Both the position numbers and the translations under genes were made by a program. 32,000 nt of DNA from the NCBI GenBank assembly GCA_942493095.1, contig OW818675.1:3120001-3152000 (forward strand), read 5' to 3'. Below the pieces are notes generated by a model that saw only the letters and a program-made list of their open reading frames with translations, made no database searches and was not told the origin of the DNA. Shown piece after piece: positions 1 through 8,235 of the stretch (the first letter of the stretch is position 1; each line of letters begins with the position of its first letter). The stretch comes from Candidatus Electronema halotolerans. GTDB taxonomy: Bacteria; Desulfobacterota; Desulfobulbia; Desulfobulbales; Desulfobulbaceae.

Positions 1-481
1 CCGGGGCTTTGATTTGACTGCTGCTGATCAGCCAGTCTGTCTGATTGGCGGCGGCATGGGCATTGCTCCGCTGCTCTTTCTTGCCCAGGAGCTGCGCGGG
101 CCAAAATACGCCCTGCTCGGTGCGAGAAATCAGGAGGAGCTGGCCCCGTTGGCAAAACTGTTCGCTGAAATTGGCTGCGCTGTCCAGCTTGCCACGGACG
201 ACGGCAGCCTTGGTCATCACGGTTTTATTCCCGATTTGCTGGAGGCAGTGCTGCCGGAGGTGCAACAAGTCTGCACCTGCGGCCCCAGCCTGATGATGCG
301 CAGCGTGGTCAGCATAAGCCGTCAGGCCGGAACGTCCTGCCAAGTCTCGGTGGAAACTGCTATGGCCTGCGGTATGGGGGCCTGTCTTGGCTGCGTCATG
401 CCGGGCGCGGATGGGCGGCAGGTGCATGTCTGCACGGACGGCCCGGTCTTCAAGGCGGAGGAACTGGCATGGCAGCTTTGA
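1..481 (+). CDS. pyrK: Dihydroorotate dehydrogenase (class 1B) electron-transfer subunit PyrK, C-terminal fragment (5' end outside window)
   Basis: The frame is open to the window edge. It has a LIGGGMGIAPL reductase-type nucleotide-binding motif and a C-terminal 2Fe-2S cysteine cluster (MACGMGACLGC). The stop overlaps the pyrD start by 13 nt. Confidence 0.85.
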   Translation, partial: RGFDLTAADQPVCLIGGGMGIAPLLFLAQELRGPKYALLGARNQEELAPLAKLFAEIGCAVQLATDDGSLGHHGFIPDLLEAVLPEVQQVCTCGPSLMMRSVVSISRQAGTSCQVSVETAMACGMGACLGCVMPGADGRQVHVCTDGPVFKAEELAWQL

Positions 482-1401
482 AACCTGACATGCGGGTCAA
501 GCTCGGCCCGCTGGACTTGCAAAATCCGGTGCTGACCGCCTCTGGCACCTTTGGTTATGCCAAGGAATTTGAGCCGTTCGTCAATCTGAACCGGCTCGGC
601 GGCATCATTGTCAAAGGCATTTCCTTGGAGCCAAGACCCGGCAATCCACCGCCGCGCATTGTCGAGACGGCCTGCGGAATGCTCAACGCCATCGGCTTGG
701 AGAATGTCGGGGTTGACCGCTTCATCAGCGAAAAAATGCCCTATCTGCGAACACTGACCGCACCGCTGCTTGTCAATATTCTTGGCGATTCGCTTGATGA
801 CTACCGCGAGCTGGCCCGCCGATTGGACGAAGTGCCGGGAATCAGTGCGCTTGAGGTCAACATATCTTGTCCAAATGTGAAAAAAGGCGGAGCAGCCTTT
901 GGCGCATCGCCGGAGATGGCGGCAGCCGTGACAGCGGCAGTGCGCAAGGCTGCCCGGCTGCCGGTCATTGTCAAGCTCTCGCCTAATGTTACGGACATCA
1001 CCGTGATGGCAAAAGCGGTTGAAGATGCGGGCGCAGATGCGCTCTCGCTGATCAACACCCTGATCGGCATGGCCATTAACGCGAAGACGCGGAAGCCGCG
1101 CTTGGCAAATATCATCGGCGGATTGTCCGGCCCGGCGATTAAGCCGATTGCTTTGCGCATGGTCTGGCAGACGGCGCAGGCGGTTTCCATTCCGGTGATC
1201 GGCATTGGCGGCATCAGCACGGCAGAGGATGCGGTTGAATTTCTCCTCGCCGGGGCCAGCGCGGTGCAGGTCGGCACAGCCAATTTTTACGATCCCTCGG
1301 CAGCAGAAAAGATCGTCACTGGTTTGGAAGCGTATCTGCAAGAGCAGGGCGAGGAACGGATCAGCAATCTCATCGGCGCGTTGGATACGGGGAAGGACTG
1401 A
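469..1401 (+). CDS. pyrD: Dihydroorotate dehydrogenase catalytic subunit (class 1B)
   Basis: 310 aa with motifs typical of PyrD-B: ASGTFGY, GIIVKGISLEPR.GN, active-site NISCPNVKKGG and IGIGGI..AEDA.EFLLAGASAVQVGTA. Translationally coupled to pyrK. Confidence 0.93.
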   Translation: MAALKPDMRVKLGPLDLQNPVLTASGTFGYAKEFEPFVNLNRLGGIIVKGISLEPRPGNPPPRIVETACGMLNAIGLENVGVDRFISEKMPYLRTLTAPLLVNILGDSLDDYRELARRLDEVPGISALEVNISCPNVKKGGAAFGASPEMAAAVTAAVRKAARLPVIVKLSPNVTDITVMAKAVEDAGADALSLINTLIGMAINAKTRKPRLANIIGGLSGPAIKPIALRMVWQTAQAVSIPVIGIGGISTAEDAVEFLLAGASAVQVGTANFYDPSAAEKIVTGLEAYLQEQGEERISNLIGALDTGKD

Positions 1402-1491
1402 TGGAAGCAGGCAGGATTCGTCGTTCCATCGCTGGGGCATTTTTTTCACAACCAAGAGGAGGTATGTCATGCACGAGCACCGCACGGAACG

Positions 1492-1519
1492 GTAGGGGCG
1501 AAAAATTTTTCGCCCCTAC
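1492..1519. repeat. Perfect 28-bp palindrome GTAGGGGCGAAAAATTTTTCGCCCCTAC in the pyrD-aroD spacer
   Basis: Read directly: the 14-nt arms are exact reverse complements with no spacer. It lies 91 nt after the pyrD stop and 3 nt before the first possible aroD ATG. No T-tract follows, so it is not a canonical intrinsic terminator. Confidence 0.7.
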
Positions 1520-1521
1520 AA

Positions 1522-2226
1522 ATGACAATGATAACAATGAATACAATGGAATTAGGAAAAATTTGCGTTTCCCTGACTGGAGCAGATGCGGCGGCAATAC
1601 AAGAGCAGGCACAGCAGGTGCTGGATTCAGCCGACGTGCTGGAAATCCGCCTCGACTACATGACCGCGCCGGAGCCGGAAAAATGCTGTTCCCTCCTGCG
1701 CCAGCCGCTGCTTTTCACCAACAGGCCGCTCTGGGAAGGCGGCAGGTTTGCCGGAAGCGAGGAGGAGCGGCTTGAACCGCTGCTGGAGGCGGTGCGGCTG
1801 CGGGCGGAGTATGTTGATCTGGAGCTGCGGGCTGCTCTGCACAGCCGTCATTGCTTATTGGAGGCTATAGAGGGCAGCCCGACCAAGCTGATTCTCTCGT
1901 GGCATGACTTTAAGGAGACTCCGTCCGCAGCCGAGCTGACCAACCTGCTCCATCAGATGATTGCCAGCGGCGCGCATGTCGGCAAGATTGTCACCACGGC
2001 GCAGAACGCCAATGATGTGCTGCGGGTGCTGGCTCTGCAGGAAGAGGCGCGGGCCGCAGGCTTCTCGCTGATTTCCTTCTGCATGGGCGAGGCGGGCCGC
2101 ATCAGCCGCTTGGCCACGCTCTATCTTGGCGGCTATATGAGCTACGCCTGCCTGAGCGAAGAGCAGGCAACTGCTCCGGGACAGCTTTCTGTCCATCGGC
2201 TGCGCCAGCTGATTCAGCTCCTCTGA
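1522..2226 (+). CDS. aroD: 3-dehydroquinate dehydratase, type I
   Basis: Motifs ICVSLTG, LEIRLDY, SWHDF.ETP (catalytic His region), GKIVTTA (Schiff-base Lys region), ISFCMGE.GRISR and APGQLS align with AroD type I. The true start may be the ATG at 1546 (MELGKICVS...). Confidence 0.88.
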   Translation: MTMITMNTMELGKICVSLTGADAAAIQEQAQQVLDSADVLEIRLDYMTAPEPEKCCSLLRQPLLFTNRPLWEGGRFAGSEEERLEPLLEAVRLRAEYVDLELRAALHSRHCLLEAIEGSPTKLILSWHDFKETPSAAELTNLLHQMIASGAHVGKIVTTAQNANDVLRVLALQEEARAAGFSLISFCMGEAGRISRLATLYLGGYMSYACLSEEQATAPGQLSVHRLRQLIQLL

Positions 2227-2239
2227 TCAGGCTTTCGGA

Positions 2240-2275
2240 CAAAAAAAAGCGGCCTGCAACTAAATGCAGACCGCT
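2240..2275 (-). terminator. Rho-independent terminator downstream of tRNA-fMet
   Basis: On the minus strand: AGCGGTCTGCA-tttagt-TGCAGGCCGCT (11-bp stem with one G.U) followed by T8. It may also stop aroD read-through from the other side. Confidence 0.8.
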
Positions 2276-2287
2276 TGATCTCTTACA

Positions 2288-2364
<77 letters not shown>

Positions 2365-2377
2365 ATGTATGAGAGAG

Positions 2378-2406
2378 AGTATATCGTTATGCGGCTCGGC
2401 TGTCAA
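2378..2406 (-). promoter_or_regulatory. Sigma70-type promoter for tRNA-fMet
   Basis: Minus strand TTGACA (2406-2401) - 17 nt - TATACT (2383-2378), with the -10 hexamer ending 13 nt upstream of the mature tRNA 5' end. Confidence 0.6.
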
Positions 2407-2434
2407 GGGGAAAAAGCATATCTTTGATATTTGC

Positions 2435-3850
2435 CTATCCGACCCACTCGGTCAGCAGCCTGAACAGCTCTGGCTGCTGCTCGGCCTGACCATTGCTGAC
2501 TAATTCCTCCAAAAGCTGGCGGAAATGCTCCAAGGTCAGCTCATTGCCGAAATGCCCTTCCAGCAGACGGGCCTCGCAGAAATGCTGCCACTGCTCCAGC
2601 TCTTTGGCCACAAGGCTTTCCGGCCAGTTGCGCGCCCGGTAGCGGAAAAAGAGCGTTTGCAGGCGTTCATCGACAAAGGGCGGCTGCCAAGCGGCGAGCT
2701 GCTCCGGGCTTTTGTGCAGCAACTCGTTGCACAAGCGGCGGTCAGCATCAGTAATTATCCCTTCGTACAAGGCCGCGTCCGCATCCTGCGGCGGAAATTC
2801 CGGGCGGCGGCGATACAGCTCCTCCAGCCGCTGAGGCAGGGTCTTGTCTGCCAAAACCTGTAGGCGGTGCTGCGTGGCCTGCGGCCAGTCAATCTGCCAT
2901 TTCTCAGCCAGCTCCGGGGACAGCGTGTTCAGCGGTGCCACGACCGGCGACTTGTTGACATGCACCCCTTTCAGGGCCAGCCGCTCAAAATCTTCCGGCA
3001 TTTCCTCGCTGCGGGCGTAAAGATTTTCGGCCATTTCTGCCGGGGTCATGCTCAGAAGCATCTGCGGGTCTTGGCGCAGGTCATAGACTATGATCTCCCG
3101 CTGATTGAGCGGATGCCGGAGCAGGGGAATGACCGGAGCAATGCAGCCTTTCTTGGCCGGATACATGCCGCTGACATGAAGGACTATCTCCTGCCGCTTG
3201 AGGTCGAGCAGCTTGGCGGCCTCATCTTTCTGACGGAGATTAAAGCAATACTCATACAAACGCGGCTTGAGCCGTCTGATCAGGCGGGCCAGCTCCAGCG
3301 TGGCCTGGACATCGCCCAAGGCATCATGGGCCTTGTGGGCAATGCCATTGGCCTCAGTGAGCAGATCGAGCCGGAAACTGGTGCTGCCGTCCTCCTGCAC
3401 GGGCCAGCTAATCTCCTCTGGCCGGAGGGCATGGGCGGTGCGGACTAAGTCAATGATGTCCCAGCGCGAGCAGTCGTTCTTCCACTCGCGCTCGTAGGGA
3501 TCAATAAAGTTGCGATAGAAGCCAAAGCGGGTCAGCTCGTCGTCAAAACGGAGGCTGTTGTAGCCAACCCCGCAGGTGCCGGGCAGAGACAGCTCGCTAT
3601 GAACGTGACGGAAAAAGGCGGCCTCGTTCAGGCCCTTGCGCTCGGCCTCCTGCGGTGAAATGCCTGTGAGCATGACCGCTCTTGGGTCAGGCAGGGCATC
3701 GCCAGCCAAGCGGCACCAGAGCACGGTCGGATCATCGAGTTCGTTCAGCTCCAAATCCGTGCGCAGGGCCGCGAACTGGGCAGGCCGGTCTTTGCGCGGA
3801 TCAAGGCCCCAAGTTTCATAGTCGTGCCAAAGCAGAGTAATATCAGACAT
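2435..3850 (-). CDS. sbcB: Exodeoxyribonuclease I
   Basis: N-terminal TLLWHDYETWGLDPRKDRPAQFAALRTD (DEDDh exonuclease motif I) and H.A..DV motif III, with length and order as in ExoI. The ORF track extends to 3898, but the ATG at 3850 (MSDITLLWHDYE) fits the family N-terminus and avoids overlap with the upstream gene. Confidence 0.9.
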   Translation of the reverse strand: MSDITLLWHDYETWGLDPRKDRPAQFAALRTDLELNELDDPTVLWCRLAGDALPDPRAVMLTGISPQEAERKGLNEAAFFRHVHSELSLPGTCGVGYNSLRFDDELTRFGFYRNFIDPYEREWKNDCSRWDIIDLVRTAHALRPEEISWPVQEDGSTSFRLDLLTEANGIAHKAHDALGDVQATLELARLIRRLKPRLYEYCFNLRQKDEAAKLLDLKRQEIVLHVSGMYPAKKGCIAPVIPLLRHPLNQREIIVYDLRQDPQMLLSMTPAEMAENLYARSEEMPEDFERLALKGVHVNKSPVVAPLNTLSPELAEKWQIDWPQATQHRLQVLADKTLPQRLEELYRRRPEFPPQDADAALYEGIITDADRRLCNELLHKSPEQLAAWQPPFVDERLQTLFFRYRARNWPESLVAKELEQWQHFCEARLLEGHFGNELTLEHFRQLLEELVSNGQAEQQPELFRLLTEWVG

Positions 3851-3884
3851 TGCGTTCTTTAATGGAAGGTGGGAGGGACGGCTC

Positions 3885-4541
3885 TCAGTACAGGGCAAAG
3901 CGGACGTTCCAGCCGTTCCTGAGTATGGTGTTGAAGATTGGGGTTTTCAGCTCCTGCGGCTTGAAGCGCCAGTCCTCGGCAGGAGTCTGTTCAAAGCAGC
4001 TGATGCCGTACTGCTCGCCGCTGCGGACAAAGCAGTAAAAACGCGGCGAGGTCAGCAGGCCAGTGCGAATTTTCACCGGGCAGAGGGAGAAATCCACCGG
4101 CCTGATCCGATCCCGCATGGTCACGGTGCGCGTGGGCGCGTCAAAGCTCAGGGTCAGCTCGTACTGGCGGCGCAGTTCAGCCAAGGCCATTGGCCGACAC
4201 CAGTCCGGGGCTTGACAGTGCCAGCGCAGACGGATATTTTTTCCTTTCTTTTCCGCCTGCACCGGGTTGGGAATCTCGTTCACGCCAAGGAGCATCAATT
4301 CCAGCATTTCCTGCAAGACCGGCTCGCCCTTGCCGGGAAAAAACCAGACTTTATGAATGATGGCACGGAGAAAGAAGGGAAAAGGCAGAATGTGCAGGGC
4401 TGCCCAGACCGCCAGCGCAGGCAGCATGAATTTTAATTCGACGTGCGGCCAGACAATCAGCAGGGGCAGCAGGCTCAAGGCCCAGCCAAGCGGCATGAGC
4501 ATGAGCAGGGTCATGGTCTTGGCGAAGCGGGTGAAGAGCAT
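3885..4541 (-). CDS. Hypothetical membrane protein (two N-terminal TM helices plus a soluble C-terminal domain)
   Basis: 218-aa ORF whose start overlaps the ldcA stop by 1 nt (operon coaX-ldcA-this-sbcB). It has hydrophobic stretches LLMLMPLGWALSLLPLLIVW and LPALAVWAALHILPFPFFL. I recognise no family. Confidence 0.6.
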   Translation of the reverse strand: MLFTRFAKTMTLLMLMPLGWALSLLPLLIVWPHVELKFMLPALAVWAALHILPFPFFLRAIIHKVWFFPGKGEPVLQEMLELMLLGVNEIPNPVQAEKKGKNIRLRWHCQAPDWCRPMALAELRRQYELTLSFDAPTRTVTMRDRIRPVDFSLCPVKIRTGLLTSPRFYCFVRSGEQYGISCFEQTPAEDWRFKPQELKTPIFNTILRNGWNVRFALY

Positions 4542-5479
4542 CAGGGACTGGCACAGGTTTGGGGAAGAAATGCCAAGCTGCCGCTCAAGCTGTTCATCAC
4601 GGCTTCCATGCCAATAGGCAGAGCAAAATTTTCCTGCTGATGGCCGACAGGAAAGCCGCCCCAGATCGGAAAGCTGCTTGTCTCAGTCAGTTCCAAGACC
4701 CGCTGCCAGACCTGCTCGTTCAGGCGCAGGGTTGCCAAGCGGTCGTCATGGCCAAGATCAAAAAGACCGATGATCAGGCCGTTGATCTTGCTGAACAGAC
4801 CTGCGCAGGCAAGATGAGTCAGCATCCGGTCAATCTTGTAGAGCGGCTCGGCAGTGTCTTCAAGAAAGAGGATGCAGCCCTCAGTCTGCGGCTGCTGCGG
4901 CGTGCCGAGCAGATGACAAAGCGTGGTCAGATTGCCGCCCAGCAGCCGTCCTTGCGCAAGGCCGCCGCGCAGCACTTCCAAGCCAGCAGGCCGGGTGCAG
5001 GGCAAAAACCGGCCTGCCAGCACTTCCCGGAATCGCTCCAAAGAAAGCTGGTCAGCACGGGCCAAAGTGCTGATCATTGGGCCGTGCAGAGTGACAACAC
5101 CGCAGCGGGCGGTGATGCTGTTCAGGAGCACGGTCAGGTCGCTGAAGCCGATCAGCCATTTGGGCCGACGGCAGAGAAAATCCCAGTCCACATCGTTGAG
5201 CAGGCGCAGGCAGCCGTAACCGCCCCGCGCCGCAATCAGAGCCTTGACCTCCTCGTCCGCCCAGAGCCGGTGCAGTTCAGCCAGCCGCTGCTGGTCGTCC
5301 GCAGCCAGATAGTCCGGGCCGCTCTGCTCCGGCGGCTGGCAGCGGACATGCAGGCCCCAATCGCGCAGCACTTGCAGGCCCTTGGCAAAACCCTCTTCGT
5401 CCCGAATTGGCCCGGCAGGATGAATGATGCCGACCGTGTCGCCGGGCTGGAGACGCGGCGGCAGAATCACTGGCTGCAT
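4541..5479 (-). CDS. ldcA: LD-carboxypeptidase (peptidase S66, muramoyl-tetrapeptide carboxypeptidase-like)
   Basis: L.PGD.VGII.PAG, ARGGYGC.RLL and nucleophile-elbow GFSDLTVLL, with a C-terminal H-containing region. Typical S66 order and length (312 aa). Confidence 0.85.
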   Translation of the reverse strand: MQPVILPPRLQPGDTVGIIHPAGPIRDEEGFAKGLQVLRDWGLHVRCQPPEQSGPDYLAADDQQRLAELHRLWADEEVKALIAARGGYGCLRLLNDVDWDFLCRRPKWLIGFSDLTVLLNSITARCGVVTLHGPMISTLARADQLSLERFREVLAGRFLPCTRPAGLEVLRGGLAQGRLLGGNLTTLCHLLGTPQQPQTEGCILFLEDTAEPLYKIDRMLTHLACAGLFSKINGLIIGLFDLGHDDRLATLRLNEQVWQRVLELTETSSFPIWGGFPVGHQQENFALPIGMEAVMNSLSGSLAFLPQTCASP

Positions 5480-6291
5480 CAGCTGATCTCCTGACAGGTG
5501 CGTTCGTGGAGGATGCGCAGGCCGGTCAGAGTCAGGGCCAGATCAAGAAACTCCACTGCCGGACTGTAGGGCAGAATCAGTTCGGCCATGCCGCCAGTGG
5601 CGATGACGCTGATTTTGCCGTCCGCCGCTGCTGCGCCCCGCTCCCGCATTTCCTGCCCCAGCAGTTCGGTCATCCCGGTGATCAGGCCGCCAAAGCCGTG
5701 CAGCATCCCGGAGCGGATGGCCTCTGTCGTGCTTGCTCCGATCACTGCGGCAGGCTTTTCATTCAGCTCAATGCAAGGCAGCTTGGCTGTGCGTTCTGAC
5801 AAGGCCTCCAGCGAGATTCTCAGACCGGGATGAATGGTGCCGCCAAGGTATTCGCCTTTGTCGCTGACGCAGTCAAAGGTGATGGCTGTGCCAAGATCGA
5901 CCACAATTAACGCTGTGGCAAAACACTCCCACGCGGCAACAGCATTGACCAACCGGTCCGCGCCCAGCTCTGTCGGATTGGCCGTAAGAATGCGCAGGCC
6001 AGTGTCAAGCTGATGCGAGATTGCCAGCGGCGGCGAGAGCAGGCTGGTGAAATAGCGCTCGGCAAACTTGAGCCAGACCGGCTCCAAGGCAGGCACCACC
6101 GAGCAGACCACAAAGCCGGTGATGTCCTCCTTGCACAGATCGTCCAAGGCAAAAAGGGTGTGGCAGGCAAGAATCAGCTCGTCCGCAGTGGTGCGGCGGT
6201 CAGTCCGCAGCCGCCACTGATGAAACAGGGCCTGATTATAGAAAATACCAATGACAGTATGGGAGTTGCCGACATCAACGGCGAGAAGCAT
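5479..6291 (-). CDS. coaX: Type III pantothenate kinase
   Basis: MLLAVDVGNSHTVIGIF N-terminus, IVVDLGTAITFD and IATGG motifs of the ASKHA-fold CoaX. 270 aa. Confidence 0.9.
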   Translation of the reverse strand: MLLAVDVGNSHTVIGIFYNQALFHQWRLRTDRRTTADELILACHTLFALDDLCKEDITGFVVCSVVPALEPVWLKFAERYFTSLLSPPLAISHQLDTGLRILTANPTELGADRLVNAVAAWECFATALIVVDLGTAITFDCVSDKGEYLGGTIHPGLRISLEALSERTAKLPCIELNEKPAAVIGASTTEAIRSGMLHGFGGLITGMTELLGQEMRERGAAAADGKISVIATGGMAELILPYSPAVEFLDLALTLTGLRILHERTCQEIS

Positions 6292-6453
6292 GAGTTCACC
6301 TCTGCGGTGTTTTCATTGACAGAACGGTTGCGGGCCGGACAGCATGCCGGTCTTTGCAGAGATTGTAGCACCAAACCGGGGCAGGGGGCAATGCCCAGCA
6401 GGCCGGATGTGCGGAACGCAGAGGGACGTTCCTGCCTTGTTCAGAAAGCGCGT

Positions 6454-7062
6454 TCAGGCATTATAGGCCGCCATTGCCAGTAGGATGCCGATAATTTTGC
6501 CTGCATCTTCAATAAAATATTCATCCAGATCGATGAAGACATTCCACCCTTCCATTTTCAGGAAGCGCCAGGCCGTGCCAGTGGTGACTGCACCGTAAAT
6601 TCTGCTGAAGTCCGCATCACCCTCTTCTTTATTGAACAGTTTTGCCGCTGCCATTTCCGCGATGCAATGTCCCAGCTCGCTAATAATATCCTGATTTTTC
6701 GCCTCAACCACTGTAATGACCGGACTGTTGAGGATGAGCTGCTCCGGCGAGGCGCTGATGATGAAATCGCAGAGGCCGTCCAAGCCCTTTTCCTTGTCAA
6801 CATTGAACTCAATGCCGGAAAAGACGCTGATGTGGTGTTTGAGGATTTTCCGCACCTCAACCAGCACATTGGCAATGATCAGCTCGGAGCGGGCTTTCTC
6901 CGTGTTGATGGCGCGGGCCAGCGGAACGTTTTCGTGGAGAATTTCTTGAAAATGCGGGCTGACTGCGGTGCTGGGCACGGAAGCGAAAAGCCCTTCCTCT
7001 TCAAACAGACGGACACCGAGCTGCTGGGTGACGGCTCTCAGGTCAAAGTCTTTGTAGGACAT
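6454..7062 (-). CDS. PD-(D/E)xK nuclease-fold protein (HSDR_N-like), function unknown
   Basis: Probable start is MSYKDFDL at 7062; the ORF track extends to 7179 with an implausible leader. The motif GLCDFII...(18 aa)...ITVVEAKNQD matches D...(D/E)xK, followed by GAVTTG..WRFLK. It is a stand-alone gene, divergent from the prepilin peptidase gene. Confidence 0.55.
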   Translation of the reverse strand: MSYKDFDLRAVTQQLGVRLFEEEGLFASVPSTAVSPHFQEILHENVPLARAINTEKARSELIIANVLVEVRKILKHHISVFSGIEFNVDKEKGLDGLCDFIISASPEQLILNSPVITVVEAKNQDIISELGHCIAEMAAAKLFNKEEGDADFSRIYGAVTTGTAWRFLKMEGWNVFIDLDEYFIEDAGKIIGILLAMAAYNA

Positions 7063-7202
7063 GGATTTTTGGCGACAGCCATGCAGTTTTTCTGCCGAAA
7101 AAGAAACAAGCGCAAAATCGGGCGGCCAATTGCCCACTGTTAAAGTATAATACTCCGCACAGCCTTCTGATTCAAGCAAAACACTTCCCAGTTGAGGCAG
7201 AC

Positions 7203-7979
7203 ATGGACACTATTTATCTCATTTACAGCTTCATTTTTGGCGCATTAGTCGGCTCCTTTCTCAACGTGGTCATCTTCCGCCTGCCGGATGAAACCCAGTC
7301 AGTGGTTTTTCCCGCCTCGCACTGCCCCAAGTGCCAGACCAAGCTGCGCTGGTTTGAGAACATTCCCATTTTTAGCTGGCTGGCCCTGCAAGGCAAGTGC
7401 CGCACCTGCAAAGCTCCCATTTCGCCGCAGTATCCAGTGGTGGAACTGGCAATGGCCCTGCTGGCCGGAGCACTCTGCCGACACTTTGGCCCCTCCTTTG
7501 CCTTGGTGTATTATTTCCTCTTTGTCGCCGCCCTGCTGGCCGTCATCTTCATCGACCTCCACCATCAGATCATCCCGGACAAAATCAGTCTGCCCGGCAT
7601 TGTCATTGGCTTTCTCGGCTCCTTTTTCAATCATCCTTATGTCACTTGGCAGCAGTCTGGTCTGGGCCTGCTTATCGGCGGCGGGATACTCTATGGCGTG
7701 GCAGCGGGATACGTCCTGCTCACTGGCAAGGACGGCATGGGCGGCGGCGACATCAAGCTGCTGGCCATGATCGGAGCCTTTCTCGGCTGGCAGAGCCTGC
7801 TTTATGTGGTCTTTGCCAGCTCCCTTTCCGGTTCAATTATCGGCGGGGCCGCCCTGCTGGTGCAGAAAAAAGACCGCCAGACCCGCATTCCCTTCGGCCC
7901 CTTCCTGTCCTTAGCTGCCCTGTCATGGCTTTTCTTTCAGGATGGCATCTTGGCGGCTTGGCAATGGTATATCCGGTAA
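7203..7979 (+). CDS. pilD: Prepilin peptidase / N-methyltransferase (A24 family)
   Basis: GSFLNVVI.R.P, zinc-type CPKC...CRTC pairs, and GGGDIKLLAMIGAFLGW with the second catalytic Asp. Multi-TM, 258 aa. Confidence 0.9.
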   Translation: MDTIYLIYSFIFGALVGSFLNVVIFRLPDETQSVVFPASHCPKCQTKLRWFENIPIFSWLALQGKCRTCKAPISPQYPVVELAMALLAGALCRHFGPSFALVYYFLFVAALLAVIFIDLHHQIIPDKISLPGIVIGFLGSFFNHPYVTWQQSGLGLLIGGGILYGVAAGYVLLTGKDGMGGGDIKLLAMIGAFLGWQSLLYVVFASSLSGSIIGGAALLVQKKDRQTRIPFGPFLSLAALSWLFFQDGILAAWQWYIR

Positions 7980-8194
7980 TCTTTGGTCAGTTTCAAGGAC
8001 GAGCAGTCCGTTCAGACCTTTTGCAGAGCATAGGCTATGGCGACTGGAAAACATAGGTTAAGCTCGGCAAGAGCATAACCTGTGCTCTGATGCTGCCATA
8101 GGTTATGTTCTGGTGATGATGTAATCAGGCAAGAAAAATTGTTGAGGTGGAATGAGCAGTTAAACTGCTTGCGCTGTTGCGGAAAGGCGATTAG

Positions 8195-8222
8195 GGTTAT
8201 GATTCAATAATCAATCATAACC
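8195..8222. promoter_or_regulatory. 10-bp perfect inverted repeat GGTTATGATT-n8-AATCATAACC abutting the RBS of the TPM gene
   Basis: Read directly. The right arm ends 1 nt before AAGGAGAG (RBS), 13 nt upstream of the ATG at 8236. Related AGGTTATG/CATAACCT copies occur upstream (8053-8108). Confidence 0.4.
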
Positions 8223-8235
8223 AAGGAGAGTCCTC

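Noticed and set aside
322-1485. 387-aa minus-strand ORF antisense to pyrK/pyrD
   Set aside because: It lies entirely antisense to two genes with strong family signatures. It is Arg/Ala-rich and low-complexity, as expected for antisense frames in GC-rich coding DNA.
1401-1775. 124-aa plus-strand ORF spanning the pyrD-aroD spacer and the start of aroD
   Set aside because: It is out of frame with aroD, crosses the 28-bp palindrome, and is Arg/Gly-rich with no support.
4559-5494. 311-aa plus-strand ORF antisense to ldcA
   Set aside because: It mirrors a gene with clear S66 peptidase motifs, has no motifs of its own and has an antisense-type composition.
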